The notes: generated by a model not told the origin, from the sequence alone. A stretch of DNA of 64,000 nucleotides from Truepera sp. (GCA_965218435.1 CBDCKW010000009.1:3776001-3840000); one strand, 5' to 3'. Counted from the stretch's first letter, positions 29,501 through 38,903 are shown. Program-made: numbers and translations.

Positions 29501-30439
29501 ATGTCCTACAAGTTTGCCTATGTTTTGCTTTCAATCTTCACATTGCTAAGTGCTTGTAACCAAACACCGCCCCCAGAAGTTGGGCCGATAGATTACCGAA
29601 CCGATCCCCGCATTTTGCGCGGCGTCTGGGCAGGTAAGAATGAAAATGGCGTATCCCTGAAACTCAATCTCAAAACGAACGGCCCGACTGAACAGGAGTA
29701 TTTTTTTACAGGGACGTTTAAGTTGGGGGACGCATCAGAGCTTCCTGTTACAGGCCAGGTGGTAACGTCCCTCACAAACGTTCCTCTATCACCTGCTCAG
29801 CAAGCCGATGCGCTACCTTGCGACAAAGATGTTACAGGTGCCATTACTAATTTGCTTGGAAACCCAGTCGAATTGCGATACGACATCTGCGGCACCATAC
29901 CGGCGGGTTCACCTCCAGAATTTCAGATGACGTTAGTGGATCGGAACGGCCCCGAGCCTATCATTAGTAAATTTGTACTCACAAAGCAACCTGATGAACC
30001 TGTGCCAAACTTTCTAGTCAAAGGCACGGTTACGAGGCTTAGAGGCGTGCCTTTTACCTACGATGGCGAGTTCATTTTCACCAAGTCTTCGCGTGCCGTT
30101 GTACAACTCTGGTATTCGGCCTCTTATTTTGGCGATGCGCCAAGGGAATTGGTAAAAGAGATGATAATCAAACCTATCACAAGTCTACCGATCTCGTTTA
30201 AGCTTGAAGGAGACGCTGAAAAGACGTTTGAGCGATTCGGGGACTATTTCCTGATTGTTGGGGTGCTGTCTGATGATAGTGGCGGAACAGGTAAAAATCT
30301 TCGTTTTGCCGCAGGCGATCTCATCAACGAAACCTATACGCCCGTTCTAGCCGCAGGGGTTGAAGTGGATGTTGAAGTTACAGGTCTCGAACCTTGTCCT
30401 CCACCTGGAACTAATGAAGGCGGCCTATGTGCTCCATAG
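29501..30439 (+). CDS. Lipoprotein with YbaY/YscW-like C-terminal domain
   Basis: GGGAG SD plus ATG 29501; lipobox LLSAC; AVVQL...DAP....LPISFKL pattern. Confidence 0.7.
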   Translation: MSYKFAYVLLSIFTLLSACNQTPPPEVGPIDYRTDPRILRGVWAGKNENGVSLKLNLKTNGPTEQEYFFTGTFKLGDASELPVTGQVVTSLTNVPLSPAQQADALPCDKDVTGAITNLLGNPVELRYDICGTIPAGSPPEFQMTLVDRNGPEPIISKFVLTKQPDEPVPNFLVKGTVTRLRGVPFTYDGEFIFTKSSRAVVQLWYSASYFGDAPRELVKEMIIKPITSLPISFKLEGDAEKTFERFGDYFLIVGVLSDDSGGTGKNLRFAAGDLINETYTPVLAAGVEVDVEVTGLEPCPPPGTNEGGLCAP

Positions 30440-30509
30440 AACCAAGGATTTCGTTATCAGTGTTTGATGAAGTCATTGGTGGAAATGGATGTAGACCTCT
30501 CGAAAATGC

Positions 30510-30540
30510 TTTTAGCCGTGACGATGGCTCACGGCTAAAA
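30510..30540. terminator. Bidirectional intrinsic terminator
   Basis: TTTTAGCCGTGA-CGATGGC-TCACGGCTAAAA. Confidence 0.8.
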
Positions 30541-30618
30541 ACCATCTAGGAGACGCTACCAAGTTGGGCTCGAGCGCCTTAAAAAGGGAATCAACTCACG
30601 CAAGATAGTTGCGAATGG

Positions 30619-31602
30619 TCAGCCGCCAATCGCGACCATCGTCCGTGTCCGCTGCGTCGGCGTGGTGATTCCTGAAGCGACTTTGCGGTGCGCCGCGACC
30701 AAAAACATCTCCTGAACTGCTCTTATAGGTTCGGTAGCCTGAAGCGCAGGCCGCAGGTCGAACTCGCGGTCATTCAAAAGGCAGGGGCGCAGTTTCGCGT
30801 CCGAGGTTAGCCGCATCCGGCTACAGGCGCCGCAAAAGGGTTCGGAGACCGGGTTGATAAACCCAACTGCACCCTGCCAGCCCGGAACTTTGAACAACCG
30901 TGCCGGGGCGCTCGGGTCGGTGGGCACAGCTTCAAGCGTGCCGAACGCCTCTTCAACCTTTGAACGAATCTCTTTACCTGCGACAAAACTTTCTCTATAC
31001 CGCTCAGCGTCGGCGTTATTGAGGTGCATGTATTCGATAAAGCGCACGTGGAGCGGTAACGTTTCAGTCAGCGCCGCAAGCCGGGTGATTTCCGAATCGT
31101 TGACGCCGCGCATCACGACCGCGTTGATTTTTACGGGGTGCAAACCCAGCGACAGCAGTTTATAGATGCTCTCCCACACGGGTTTGCTGCTGCCCCCGCC
31201 GGTCGCCTGCTTAAACACCCCTTCGTCTACGGCGTCGAGCGAGATGTTGACGCGGTGGAGTCCGGCGGCTAAGAGTTCAGGCAAGCGGCGTTTAAGGAGT
31301 GTGGCGTTGGTGGTAATGGCAATATCTTCGACCCCGGCGTCGCGCGCGTAGGCGATCATTTCGGGGAGTTCTTTACGGAGTAGGGGTTCGCCGCCGGTAA
31401 AGCGAACCGAGCTGACGCCTAAACCGACAGCCGCGTCAATGACGTGTGCGACGTCCGCTACGCTCACCGTGCCGAGTGGGTCTCTGTGGCCCATACCGAG
31501 TGGGTCGCAGTAGCTGCAGCGAAAGTTGCAGCGCGGCGTCACGCTGATTCTCAGGTCGCGGATCACGCGGCCGTAGCTGTCGGTCAGGGGTAACGTGTTC
31601 AC
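30619..31602 (-). CDS. moaA: GTP 3',8-cyclase
   Basis: LRISVTPRCNFRCSYC radical SAM motif, FCGACSRMRL...PCL, terminal IGG. Confidence 0.97.
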   Translation of the reverse strand: MNTLPLTDSYGRVIRDLRISVTPRCNFRCSYCDPLGMGHRDPLGTVSVADVAHVIDAAVGLGVSSVRFTGGEPLLRKELPEMIAYARDAGVEDIAITTNATLLKRRLPELLAAGLHRVNISLDAVDEGVFKQATGGGSSKPVWESIYKLLSLGLHPVKINAVVMRGVNDSEITRLAALTETLPLHVRFIEYMHLNNADAERYRESFVAGKEIRSKVEEAFGTLEAVPTDPSAPARLFKVPGWQGAVGFINPVSEPFCGACSRMRLTSDAKLRPCLLNDREFDLRPALQATEPIRAVQEMFLVAAHRKVASGITTPTQRTRTMVAIGG

Positions 31603-31841
31603 GTAAGGTTAAGGCTACCCAATCTGTGGGGGTGAGTCGAGAACCCAGCCGACACTCGGTGACAGTGTGCCTAACCGAGTCGCGTATCGGCGAGCTTAAG
31701 CTGTCCTTGGTTTGTGACTCGTACCACTCAACTTACTTTCATTATGCAAAACGCTCGAGTCCAGAAGGAGTTACTTTTCCGTCCGTCTTCTGGCGTGGTG
31801 TCCGGTAACCTTTTTGCCGGGTAGTCGGTTGGACTCGAGCC

Positions 31842-33002
31842 TCAGACGATGCGAACACGCCGGGTTATTTGCCCATTACTCTCCCAATAGGTGTGTTTGT
31901 TGGCAATCAAGGAGTCGGTTGGAGCTGGTTGAACGTTGCCGTCGGTGTCTACTGCTCGTGAACTGATGTCGTGTTCACCTATAGCAGGATCGTTCCAGTC
32001 CAGCTGCCAGAACCTCCAGGTGAACTCGGTGCCGCCTTGCTCGAGCACCGCAGGCTGCCACGCACCGCCGTCGATTTGTACTTTGACCTTCTGAATAGGC
32101 GCGCCCCAAGCTGCGCCCATGATGCGGTACGAGCCGTTTTCGGTACGGGTGACCCTGGCAGGGGCAGATTTGAGCCGTGTGCGCCCGACCGAGGTTTCTT
32201 TCCACACCTTTTCGCCGCCCTGCGACTCTTCACGAATCGTGACGTATTCGCGCGCCATAAAGTGTCCCATATAGCGTGTTGGCAGCACTTCGATACGCTC
32301 CAACCACTTGACGTTGGCGATGCCGTACCAGCCCGGCGCGATCAGCCTTACCGGAAAACCGTTGGCTTGCGGCAGCGGTTCGCCGTTCATCTCGTAGACG
32401 AGCAGGTTGTCTGGACTCAGCGCATCTTGAAGCGACATGCTGCGCGCAAAGTGCTGCGTCATGGGAATGTCGCGCACTTCGATATCACCCTTGTCACGTC
32501 CGTAGAAAACGACTTCAATGCCGTCTTCTTGTACTCCGGCTTCCTCGAGCACCGTAGCGAGGGGCGTCCCGGTCCAGGTGGCGTTACCAATGCCGCCCTT
32601 AAACCAGTCGAACCCGTTGTTGCCCGAACACTCGAGCGTAAAAACCGTTTCTTTACGTGGACGCGCCTTGAGTTCGTCTAAAGTCAAGGTGAGCGGATGC
32701 TCAACTAGGCCGGACAGCTCGAGCGTCCAGTCTTCCGCCCGGATAACCGGCCTCTCAAAGTGCGCCACGTTAAAAAATTGGCTGTTAGGCGTAATCCAGG
32801 AATCGAGTTTTTCCCAGTCGAGCAAGTTCTGCACCACGTCGGGCAGCGGAACTTCTCCAGGTCGATCAAGCCACGGGACGACCTTCTCACCGGGTCGGTT
32901 TTGGAAAGCCTGGGCCACGCCGGGAAAGGAAAACATGCTCAGTCCTGCTAAGACCGCACTCCGCTGAAGTAGTTCTCTACGCGACATGTTCGGTTCAGCC
33001 AT
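31842..33002 (-). CDS. Tat-exported sulfite-oxidase-family molybdoenzyme
   Basis: SRRELL Tat signal; LECSGN Mo ligand; MNGEPLP..NGFPVRL..PGWYG..NVKWL; dimerisation domain. Confidence 0.9.
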   Translation of the reverse strand: MAEPNMSRRELLQRSAVLAGLSMFSFPGVAQAFQNRPGEKVVPWLDRPGEVPLPDVVQNLLDWEKLDSWITPNSQFFNVAHFERPVIRAEDWTLELSGLVEHPLTLTLDELKARPRKETVFTLECSGNNGFDWFKGGIGNATWTGTPLATVLEEAGVQEDGIEVVFYGRDKGDIEVRDIPMTQHFARSMSLQDALSPDNLLVYEMNGEPLPQANGFPVRLIAPGWYGIANVKWLERIEVLPTRYMGHFMAREYVTIREESQGGEKVWKETSVGRTRLKSAPARVTRTENGSYRIMGAAWGAPIQKVKVQIDGGAWQPAVLEQGGTEFTWRFWQLDWNDPAIGEHDISSRAVDTDGNVQPAPTDSLIANKHTYWESNGQITRRVRIV

Positions 33003-33100
33003 CGTCCTGCCTCCTTAAATCGGTATTACTTATGCACTGTGCCAACCTGCTATGACTCGAGCCTTAAATCTTGCCGAGTTTTTGCGGCATTACCCATAAC

Positions 33101-33562
33101 TCAGTTGCTCCCACCAGAAACCGCCCCGCCACTCGCCGAATTCTCCGGCACGCCTTCACTGGTATACATCAGGCGGTGAATCCGCCACTTTCCCTCCGTT
33201 TTTTTGAGAACCTGTAAAAAATTTCCTGCTGGATAGTCGCCTACCACGAAGGCGACGTCTCCGAGCAGCCACGCTTCTGAGACCGAACTCGAGGATTCGC
33301 TAAAGCCACCCTCGAAGCTCTCGCGCTGAAACTCCTGTATGGCCGCGCGACCCTCCAAATGCCCACCCTCGGCAAAGAGCTCGGCGTCTTCGGTAAAGAG
33401 TTGACCCATGGCAACTGCATCTTGCTGGCTCACGATGTCATTGAACTGTCCAACTACGCTTTTAGCAACCCTGAACGCCTCGGTATCCCCCTGAGCTAAA
33501 CCAAAACCGAAACACAGAGCGACTGAAGCGAAGATCAGCCGCGTGGAGCGTGGATATTTCAT
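33101..33562 (-). CDS. Secreted SnoaL/DUF4440 (NTF2-like) protein with SGG tail
   Basis: Signal peptide ending GLA-Q; LFTEDA..EGRAAI..GKWRI; tail SASGGAVSGGSN. Confidence 0.78.
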   Translation of the reverse strand: MKYPRSTRLIFASVALCFGFGLAQGDTEAFRVAKSVVGQFNDIVSQQDAVAMGQLFTEDAELFAEGGHLEGRAAIQEFQRESFEGGFSESSSSVSEAWLLGDVAFVVGDYPAGNFLQVLKKTEGKWRIHRLMYTSEGVPENSASGGAVSGGSN

Positions 33563-33723
33563 GGTTTACCTTTCTGCACCTTGGTCAAATCGTGTCGTGT
33601 AATCTGCGGCGGATACCTGCCTTACCTGCCTTACCGTGAGGGTTTATTTCCAGTTGAGTCGTTCCTTTTTCACACCCGAAACTGCTGCTAACGGGCTGCG
33701 AAAAGTCTCTGCCGGATTCAGCT

Positions 33724-33775
33724 TGCACGAAAGAGCATGTCCGCTGCATGTCCGGGCCGTGCTATAACGCGGACA
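33724..33775. promoter_or_regulatory. Putative SARP/BTAD-type operator, copy 2
   Basis: TGCAC-N9-TGTCCG-N5-TGTCCG (11-bp phase)...GGACA, same layout as 34683-34743. Confidence 0.55.
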
Positions 33776-33827
33776 AACGTCTTGGCACCTCGAGCGGAAA
33801 GAGGCCACCGCAACCTGTTGCAGACGA

Positions 33828-33860
33828 GGGTGCAGGGACGGGGTATCCGACCCTGCACCC
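33828..33860 (-). terminator. Hairpin/terminator after the small secreted-protein operon
   Basis: GGGTGCAGGG...CCCTGCACCC 10-bp stem; no U-tract. Confidence 0.6.
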
Positions 33861-33893
33861 CTGCTACCGAGTATTCTCAGCGGTAATTGCGTG

Positions 33894-34169
33894 TTACCTG
33901 TTCTGTTCGGTCAAGAAAGCGCGGTAATCGCGCTTGAGCTGTCTTACCTCGTTTGCTTCCGTAGCTGCCTTGGCGTGCCGCTGCGCGGTCATAAAGGCTC
34001 GGCGCTCTCGCCTAAGTCTTTGCTCCTCGCCCAAGCTCGTCCAGGAGCGTTGAACCGCTTCGTACTGTCGAAACATGATTTTCTCTTGTCGCATCTCCTC
34101 CCCAAAGGTCTGGGCGAAAGCCAGTAAACTCCACGAGAGCACCAGAATCGTAACGACCTGCTTTTTCAT
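33894..34169 (-). CDS. Small secreted helical protein
   Basis: AAAGGAG SD; signal MKKQVVTILVLSWSLLAFA-Q; charged helical mature part. Confidence 0.75.
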   Translation of the reverse strand: MKKQVVTILVLSWSLLAFAQTFGEEMRQEKIMFRQYEAVQRSWTSLGEEQRLRRERRAFMTAQRHAKAATEANEVRQLKRDYRAFLTEQNR

Positions 34170-34220
34170 TGTCTTCTCCTTTGCTACCGTTAAAGATTTG
34201 CTTGAACAGCTACCACCGCG

Positions 34221-34373
34221 CTACCTCGGTCCTCGAGGAGGACACGGTGCAGGTTTTGCATAGAAACAAATGATGGGTTTAGGTTGTGGGAGTTTTGGGA
34301 TGTCTAAAGCCACGTCCCAAGCAAATCCGGTACCGAGTAGCGCTGTACAGAAGATGACGCTAAACTTTCTCAT
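34221..34373 (-). CDS. 50-aa secreted Pro-rich, two-Cys peptide
   Basis: AAGGAG SD; MRKFSVIFCTALLGTGFA / WDVALDIPKLPQPKPIICFYAKPAPCPPRGPR. Confidence 0.7.
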   Translation of the reverse strand: MRKFSVIFCTALLGTGFAWDVALDIPKLPQPKPIICFYAKPAPCPPRGPR

Positions 34374-34404
34374 ACTGCTCTCCTTCCCCTGCCGTGAGTC
34401 AGCT

Positions 34405-34659
34405 TCAGTCAACTGTCACGCCGAGAGCTTCCAGGGCCGCTTTGAGCTGCTTCTCTCTCAACCTTGCGGCGTCCTCTTCGCTGACCGGTGTGGCGGCGGG
34501 TGTAGGGGAGACGAGCCGGACTTTTTGAGGTTGCCGCTCCGCCCCTCTCCACGCGCCGTAGTCAGGAAAGACGCTTGGGCTGGCGTCGCTGTAGGCAAAG
34601 ACCAGTGGGCCAGCGACCATCACCGACGCCCTAATTAAGGTTCTCAGTTTCTTGTTCAC
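34405..34659 (-). CDS. 84-aa small secreted protein
   Basis: AAGGAGG SD plus GTG 34659; signal-like MNKKLRTLIRASVMVAGPLVFA. Confidence 0.7.
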   Translation of the reverse strand: MNKKLRTLIRASVMVAGPLVFAYSDASPSVFPDYGAWRGAERQPQKVRLVSPTPAATPVSEEDAARLREKQLKAALEALGVTVD

Positions 34660-34682
34660 CGTTTCCTCCTTCAAAAAGAGGA

Positions 34683-34742
34683 TGCACCGGGGCCTTTGTC
34701 CACGGCGTGCCCGAAGAGTGTCCGCTGTACTACAATGTGGAC
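34683..34742. promoter_or_regulatory. Divergent promoter with three 11-bp-phased direct repeats
   Basis: TGTCCA 34697, TGCCCG 34708, TGTCCG 34719; TACAAT -10 at 34731 feeding leaderless ATG 34743. Confidence 0.65.
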
Positions 34743-37727
34743 ATGCTGCTCCGCACGCTGGGAGGCCTCGAGCTGGTCTCGTCGTCGTTCGCGCGCTCCA
34801 AGCCCCTCTTGCTGCTCTCCTACCTGGCGCTCGAAGGTGCTAAGGAACGCCGCTACCTCGCCGAGCTGTTCTGGTGTGACGCGACCGACCCGCTCAACCG
34901 CCTCGCCGTGACGTTGGCGCGGTTGCGCAAAGCAGGCCCCGGCATCGTAGGTGTAAACCACACAAGGGTCTGGGCAAAGCTCTCTACAGACGCCCAAGTG
35001 CTTCTGGCGGCAGTTGAAGAGGGCCGGTATGAGGAGGCTGTCAAGCTTTACCGTGGCCCTTTTTTGGAAGGGGTCTACTTCAGGGATTGGGGGAGCGAAC
35101 TCGAGGAGTGGGTCTACGGTACCCGGGATTTTGTAGCGAGTCAGGTTAAGACGGCGCAGCTCGCGCTGGCGGAAACAGAAGCTGCGGAGGGAAGGTTCCG
35201 AGACGCCGCCAAGCGTGCCGAAGCTGCCTACTCGGTCGTAAAAACGGTGGGGCTCGAGCCGGGCGATATCCTCCGGCTCCACACCTTGCTGCTCGCCGGT
35301 GACAATCCGCGCACAGTGACGCTGCGAGAGGAGGCCGAAACGTTCGGCGTGGCGCTCCTAACCACGTCCGGCGAGGCTAAGGACGCCCTAAAACACGCCC
35401 ATGCTCCTGAGCTGCCAAACAACTTGCCCAGCCGCCGTAACAGTTTCGTCGGGCGTACCCATGAGGCAGCCCAACTTGCGGCTATGCTCGCCGACCCCGA
35501 GCAGCGGTTAATTACGGTCGTCGGCTCGGCGGGGGTTGGCAAAACGATTTTGGCGCTCGAGGCGGCGCGGCAGCAGTTGCGGTTGGGGAACTTCGCAGAC
35601 GGCGTTTACTTCGTTCCCTTAGACGCGCTGAGTAGCGCCTCGGCGATTCCGGGTAGGCTTGCGGTAGTACTCGGTGCGCCCGCGCAAGACAAAGCTTCAC
35701 CTCTCGTGCAAGTTGGGCGTTACCTCGGTGCCAAACACCTGCTGCTCGTCCTCGACAACTACGAGCATCTTTTAGACGGGGTGGGCGTCGTCACTGAGTT
35801 GTTAGAGGCTTGCCCGCAGCTCAGGCTGCTCGTGACCTCGAGGGAGACGCTAAACCTTCAAGAAGAGTGGCGTTTGACCCTTGAGGGTTTACCGTTTGTA
35901 GGCGAAGCCGACTCCCAACTCCCGCTTGACTGTGACGCTATCAATCTCTTTTGCCAGCGTGCGCGGCAAGTTCAGCCAGCTTTTACCCTGACGGCAGAAA
36001 ATGCGCCGGGTATCCGCGCCATCTGCCGCTTAGTCGAAGGTTTACCGCTCGGGCTCGAGTTAGCTGCCTCATGGGTCAGAGTTATGCCCTGCGCGGAGAT
36101 TGCCGCAGAGATCGCCAAAGACCTGGATTTTCTTTCGTCCAGCACACAAAACGTCGCCGAGCGGCACAAAAGCCTGCGCGCTGCTTTTGAACATTCGTGG
36201 CGGCTTCTGAACCCTAAAGAGCAGGAGGTGTTAAGAAAGCTCGCGGTCTTTCGTGGCGGCTTTACCAGAGATACGAGCGCGGCGGTGGCGGGAGCTACAA
36301 TTTCGGTGCTGGCGTCGCTCGTTGACAAGTCGCTGTTACGCGTAGGTGAAGGGAGCCGTTTCGACAGGCACCCGCTGCTCTACAGCTTCACTTTAGAGAA
36401 GCTGGCCGAGTACCCCAAGGAGAAGGCGGCGGTGGAAGCGAGACACGCTGCGGCCTTTAGCGACCTGGCGGAGCGTCTGGCGTTTGAAACTGAAGGTTCC
36501 CAACCAGGTCGGGCGTATACACGCCTCGAGGCAGAGCTTGAAAACTTCCGTGCTGCCTGGAACTGGGCTGTGGCGAACAAGAACGCTCCAACCTTTGACG
36601 CGTGCGGCAAGGCGCTCGGTCAATATCTTTTTAACCGGGGGCAGAGCGAGGAAGCCGTCACGCTGTGGACGTCAGCGCTAGCTGTTTTAGATGAGGCCGA
36701 CGTATCGCACCGCGAAACACGCGCCAACTTGATGGCATCTCTCAGCTATGAGTACGAGGGGCTGGGACGCTTGGACGAGGCTGAGGAACTTGCCGAGCGC
36801 GGTTTGGCCCTTCTGCGTCCACACCCTGGAGGACGTGAAACTATTTTCGGTATGTTTAACTGCCTGCTCACTCTGGCGGTTGTCGCCCAGCGGCGGGGAC
36901 AGTTTCGCCGAGCTATCGCCTTTCTACACGAACAGGAAGCGCTCGGCCTGTTCTACCTGGGGACGAACCTCTCTCAAGGACGGCACCTCAACAACTTGGG
37001 CCTCTTAGAGACAAGCGCGGGTGACTACCCGGCGGCTCGGATTTATCTGCAAAGAGCGCTCGAGCACAACCGTAAAGACAACAACGTGCGCGGCGTTGTT
37101 ACCTCACTCTTCTTGCTGGGCGACGCGCACTTTCACGCAGGCGAAGCTGAAACGGCGAGGCGCTACTACCGAGAGGCTGCCGTACTGGTGCGCCGGGAGG
37201 GGTTAGGTTGGGGAAACGATGACTTCGCGCTCGAGCACTTGGGCAAGGCCGCACTCGCGCTGGGCGACTTTGGAGAGGCGAAGAACGTCGCTTGTGAGTT
37301 GTTGGAGAAACACCCGTCACCTGACGCATTTCGTGGGGGAGCCTTGGAACTCTTGGGGCGCGTCGCTACCGCCCAGGGTCATTTTGACCAAGCTGCGCTT
37401 TATCTGAGGCAGGTCGCTCAACTATACTCGGAACACCGTGACGACCTCAACCTCGGTCAGCTGGATAGCCTCCAGGATGTCCTGCTTTCTTTTACCGAGC
37501 TGTGGGTCAAAGAGCGGCGTTATGGGCAGGCTGCTGCCGTACTGGGGTTCTTGCTCCGTCATCTGCATGAGGCTTATGCGCGGGCTCGGGCCGAGCAACT
37601 CCTAACTGCTGCTCGCCACGCCCTTTCGCCTGAAGAACTCGGTTCAGCCGCACATCAAGGTCAGGCGCTAAGTTTAGACATGGTGTGGGAATTTTTAACC
37701 GGAGCAGCGCCGATAGACCGTTGTTAG
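34743..37727 (+). CDS. AfsR/SARP-like STAND regulator: wHTH-BTAD, NB-ARC ATPase, TPR array
   Basis: LRTLGGL..KPLLLLSYLAL, LYRGPFL (BTAD); GSAGVGKT, LLVLDNYEHL, GLPLGLELAA; C-terminal TPRs. Confidence 0.9.
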   Translation: MLLRTLGGLELVSSSFARSKPLLLLSYLALEGAKERRYLAELFWCDATDPLNRLAVTLARLRKAGPGIVGVNHTRVWAKLSTDAQVLLAAVEEGRYEEAVKLYRGPFLEGVYFRDWGSELEEWVYGTRDFVASQVKTAQLALAETEAAEGRFRDAAKRAEAAYSVVKTVGLEPGDILRLHTLLLAGDNPRTVTLREEAETFGVALLTTSGEAKDALKHAHAPELPNNLPSRRNSFVGRTHEAAQLAAMLADPEQRLITVVGSAGVGKTILALEAARQQLRLGNFADGVYFVPLDALSSASAIPGRLAVVLGAPAQDKASPLVQVGRYLGAKHLLLVLDNYEHLLDGVGVVTELLEACPQLRLLVTSRETLNLQEEWRLTLEGLPFVGEADSQLPLDCDAINLFCQRARQVQPAFTLTAENAPGIRAICRLVEGLPLGLELAASWVRVMPCAEIAAEIAKDLDFLSSSTQNVAERHKSLRAAFEHSWRLLNPKEQEVLRKLAVFRGGFTRDTSAAVAGATISVLASLVDKSLLRVGEGSRFDRHPLLYSFTLEKLAEYPKEKAAVEARHAAAFSDLAERLAFETEGSQPGRAYTRLEAELENFRAAWNWAVANKNAPTFDACGKALGQYLFNRGQSEEAVTLWTSALAVLDEADVSHRETRANLMASLSYEYEGLGRLDEAEELAERGLALLRPHPGGRETIFGMFNCLLTLAVVAQRRGQFRRAIAFLHEQEALGLFYLGTNLSQGRHLNNLGLLETSAGDYPAARIYLQRALEHNRKDNNVRGVVTSLFLLGDAHFHAGEAETARRYYREAAVLVRREGLGWGNDDFALEHLGKAALALGDFGEAKNVACELLEKHPSPDAFRGGALELLGRVATAQGHFDQAALYLRQVAQLYSEHRDDLNLGQLDSLQDVLLSFTELWVKERRYGQAAAVLGFLLRHLHEAYARARAEQLLTAARHALSPEELGSAAHQGQALSLDMVWEFLTGAAPIDRC

Positions 37728-38009
37728 ATAAGCTGGTACCCGGTTCAGATCGGTTCGTCGAGATGCCCGCCGACACTTACGCCCGGATGTTTGGAACCTA
37801 ATGTTTAGAACCCAAGCTTTAGAGCCTGTTATTTAAGTAGAAAAACTGAGCTTGCTAGCGAGAGCTAAGCCCTATGCCGACATGTAAACCCGTAAAGTTT
37901 GACGACACAGTGTAGTTTTAGACCCGGCCTGTACAATAGAGAGAACGTGAAACACTGCTATCTTCTTGCGGCAAGTGGTAAGAACGAGCAAGTATGGAGA
38001 GGAGCCGAG

Positions 38010-38894
38010 GTGCTAGACGTACCGGTTCGGGCCAAGCGCCCGACGAATAAACGCAAGACCAAGGTCGTGACGGTTGACGGAGCAAGTGTCAAACGCCGTA
38101 ACGACACGTTAGCGACTGAAGAACCGCTCGAGCTGCGCCTCTTAGCCGGGGGTGAGCGGCAAAACGTCACACAAAACGTTGCGGTGACGATGCGGACACC
38201 GGGGGCAGACTTTGAGTTAGCTGCCGGGTTTTTGTACGGTGAAGGCATCATCAAGAGTCGAGACGAGATTTTGCGGATTTCGTACTGCACCGACGCCGAG
38301 CAGCAGTACAACACCGTCAACGTCGCGCTGCGCGGGGCGATGCCGGAGGTGGGGCGGCTCGAGCGTCACTTCACCACCACCTCGGCGTGCGGCGTGTGCG
38401 GGAAGGCGAGTTTGGAGAGCTTAGAGCTGCAGGCTTGTCCACTGCCCGCGCCGACGTTTTCCGTCTCTCCAGAAGTCATCACCTCACTCCCGGACAAACT
38501 CCGAGCCGCGCAAGGTCTTTTTGACGCGACCGGCGGCCTCCACGCGGCGGCGCTGTTTACCAAAACGGGTGAACTCATTGCCTTACGTGAAGATGTCGGG
38601 CGGCACAATGCGCTCGATAAACTCATCGGTTGGGCGCTGTTAGAAGGTTTGTTACCGTTACGTGAGCATATCGTGCTGCTCAGCGGCCGTGCGAGTTTTG
38701 AACTGCTACAAAAGTCTTTGATGGCCGGAGTTCCGCTCGTCTGCGCCGTGTCTGCGCCGAGCAGTCTGGCGGTGTCGGTCGCCCGGAGTTTTAACCTGAC
38801 GCTGCTTGGGTTTTTGCGCGGTGAGCGGTTTAATATCTATAGTGGAGAAGCTAGAATTAAGCTTAGCGAAGTCGGCGCGCAACTCGCGCTCTAA
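38010..38894 (+). CDS. fdhD: Formate dehydrogenase accessory sulfurtransferase
   Basis: EEPLEL, TMRTPG, SACGVCG, TGGLHAA, EDVGRHNALDK; AGGAG SD before GTG 38010. Confidence 0.95.
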   Translation: MLDVPVRAKRPTNKRKTKVVTVDGASVKRRNDTLATEEPLELRLLAGGERQNVTQNVAVTMRTPGADFELAAGFLYGEGIIKSRDEILRISYCTDAEQQYNTVNVALRGAMPEVGRLERHFTTTSACGVCGKASLESLELQACPLPAPTFSVSPEVITSLPDKLRAAQGLFDATGGLHAAALFTKTGELIALREDVGRHNALDKLIGWALLEGLLPLREHIVLLSGRASFELLQKSLMAGVPLVCAVSAPSSLAVSVARSFNLTLLGFLRGERFNIYSGEARIKLSEVGAQLAL

Positions 38895-38903
38895 AGGGGA
38901 ACT

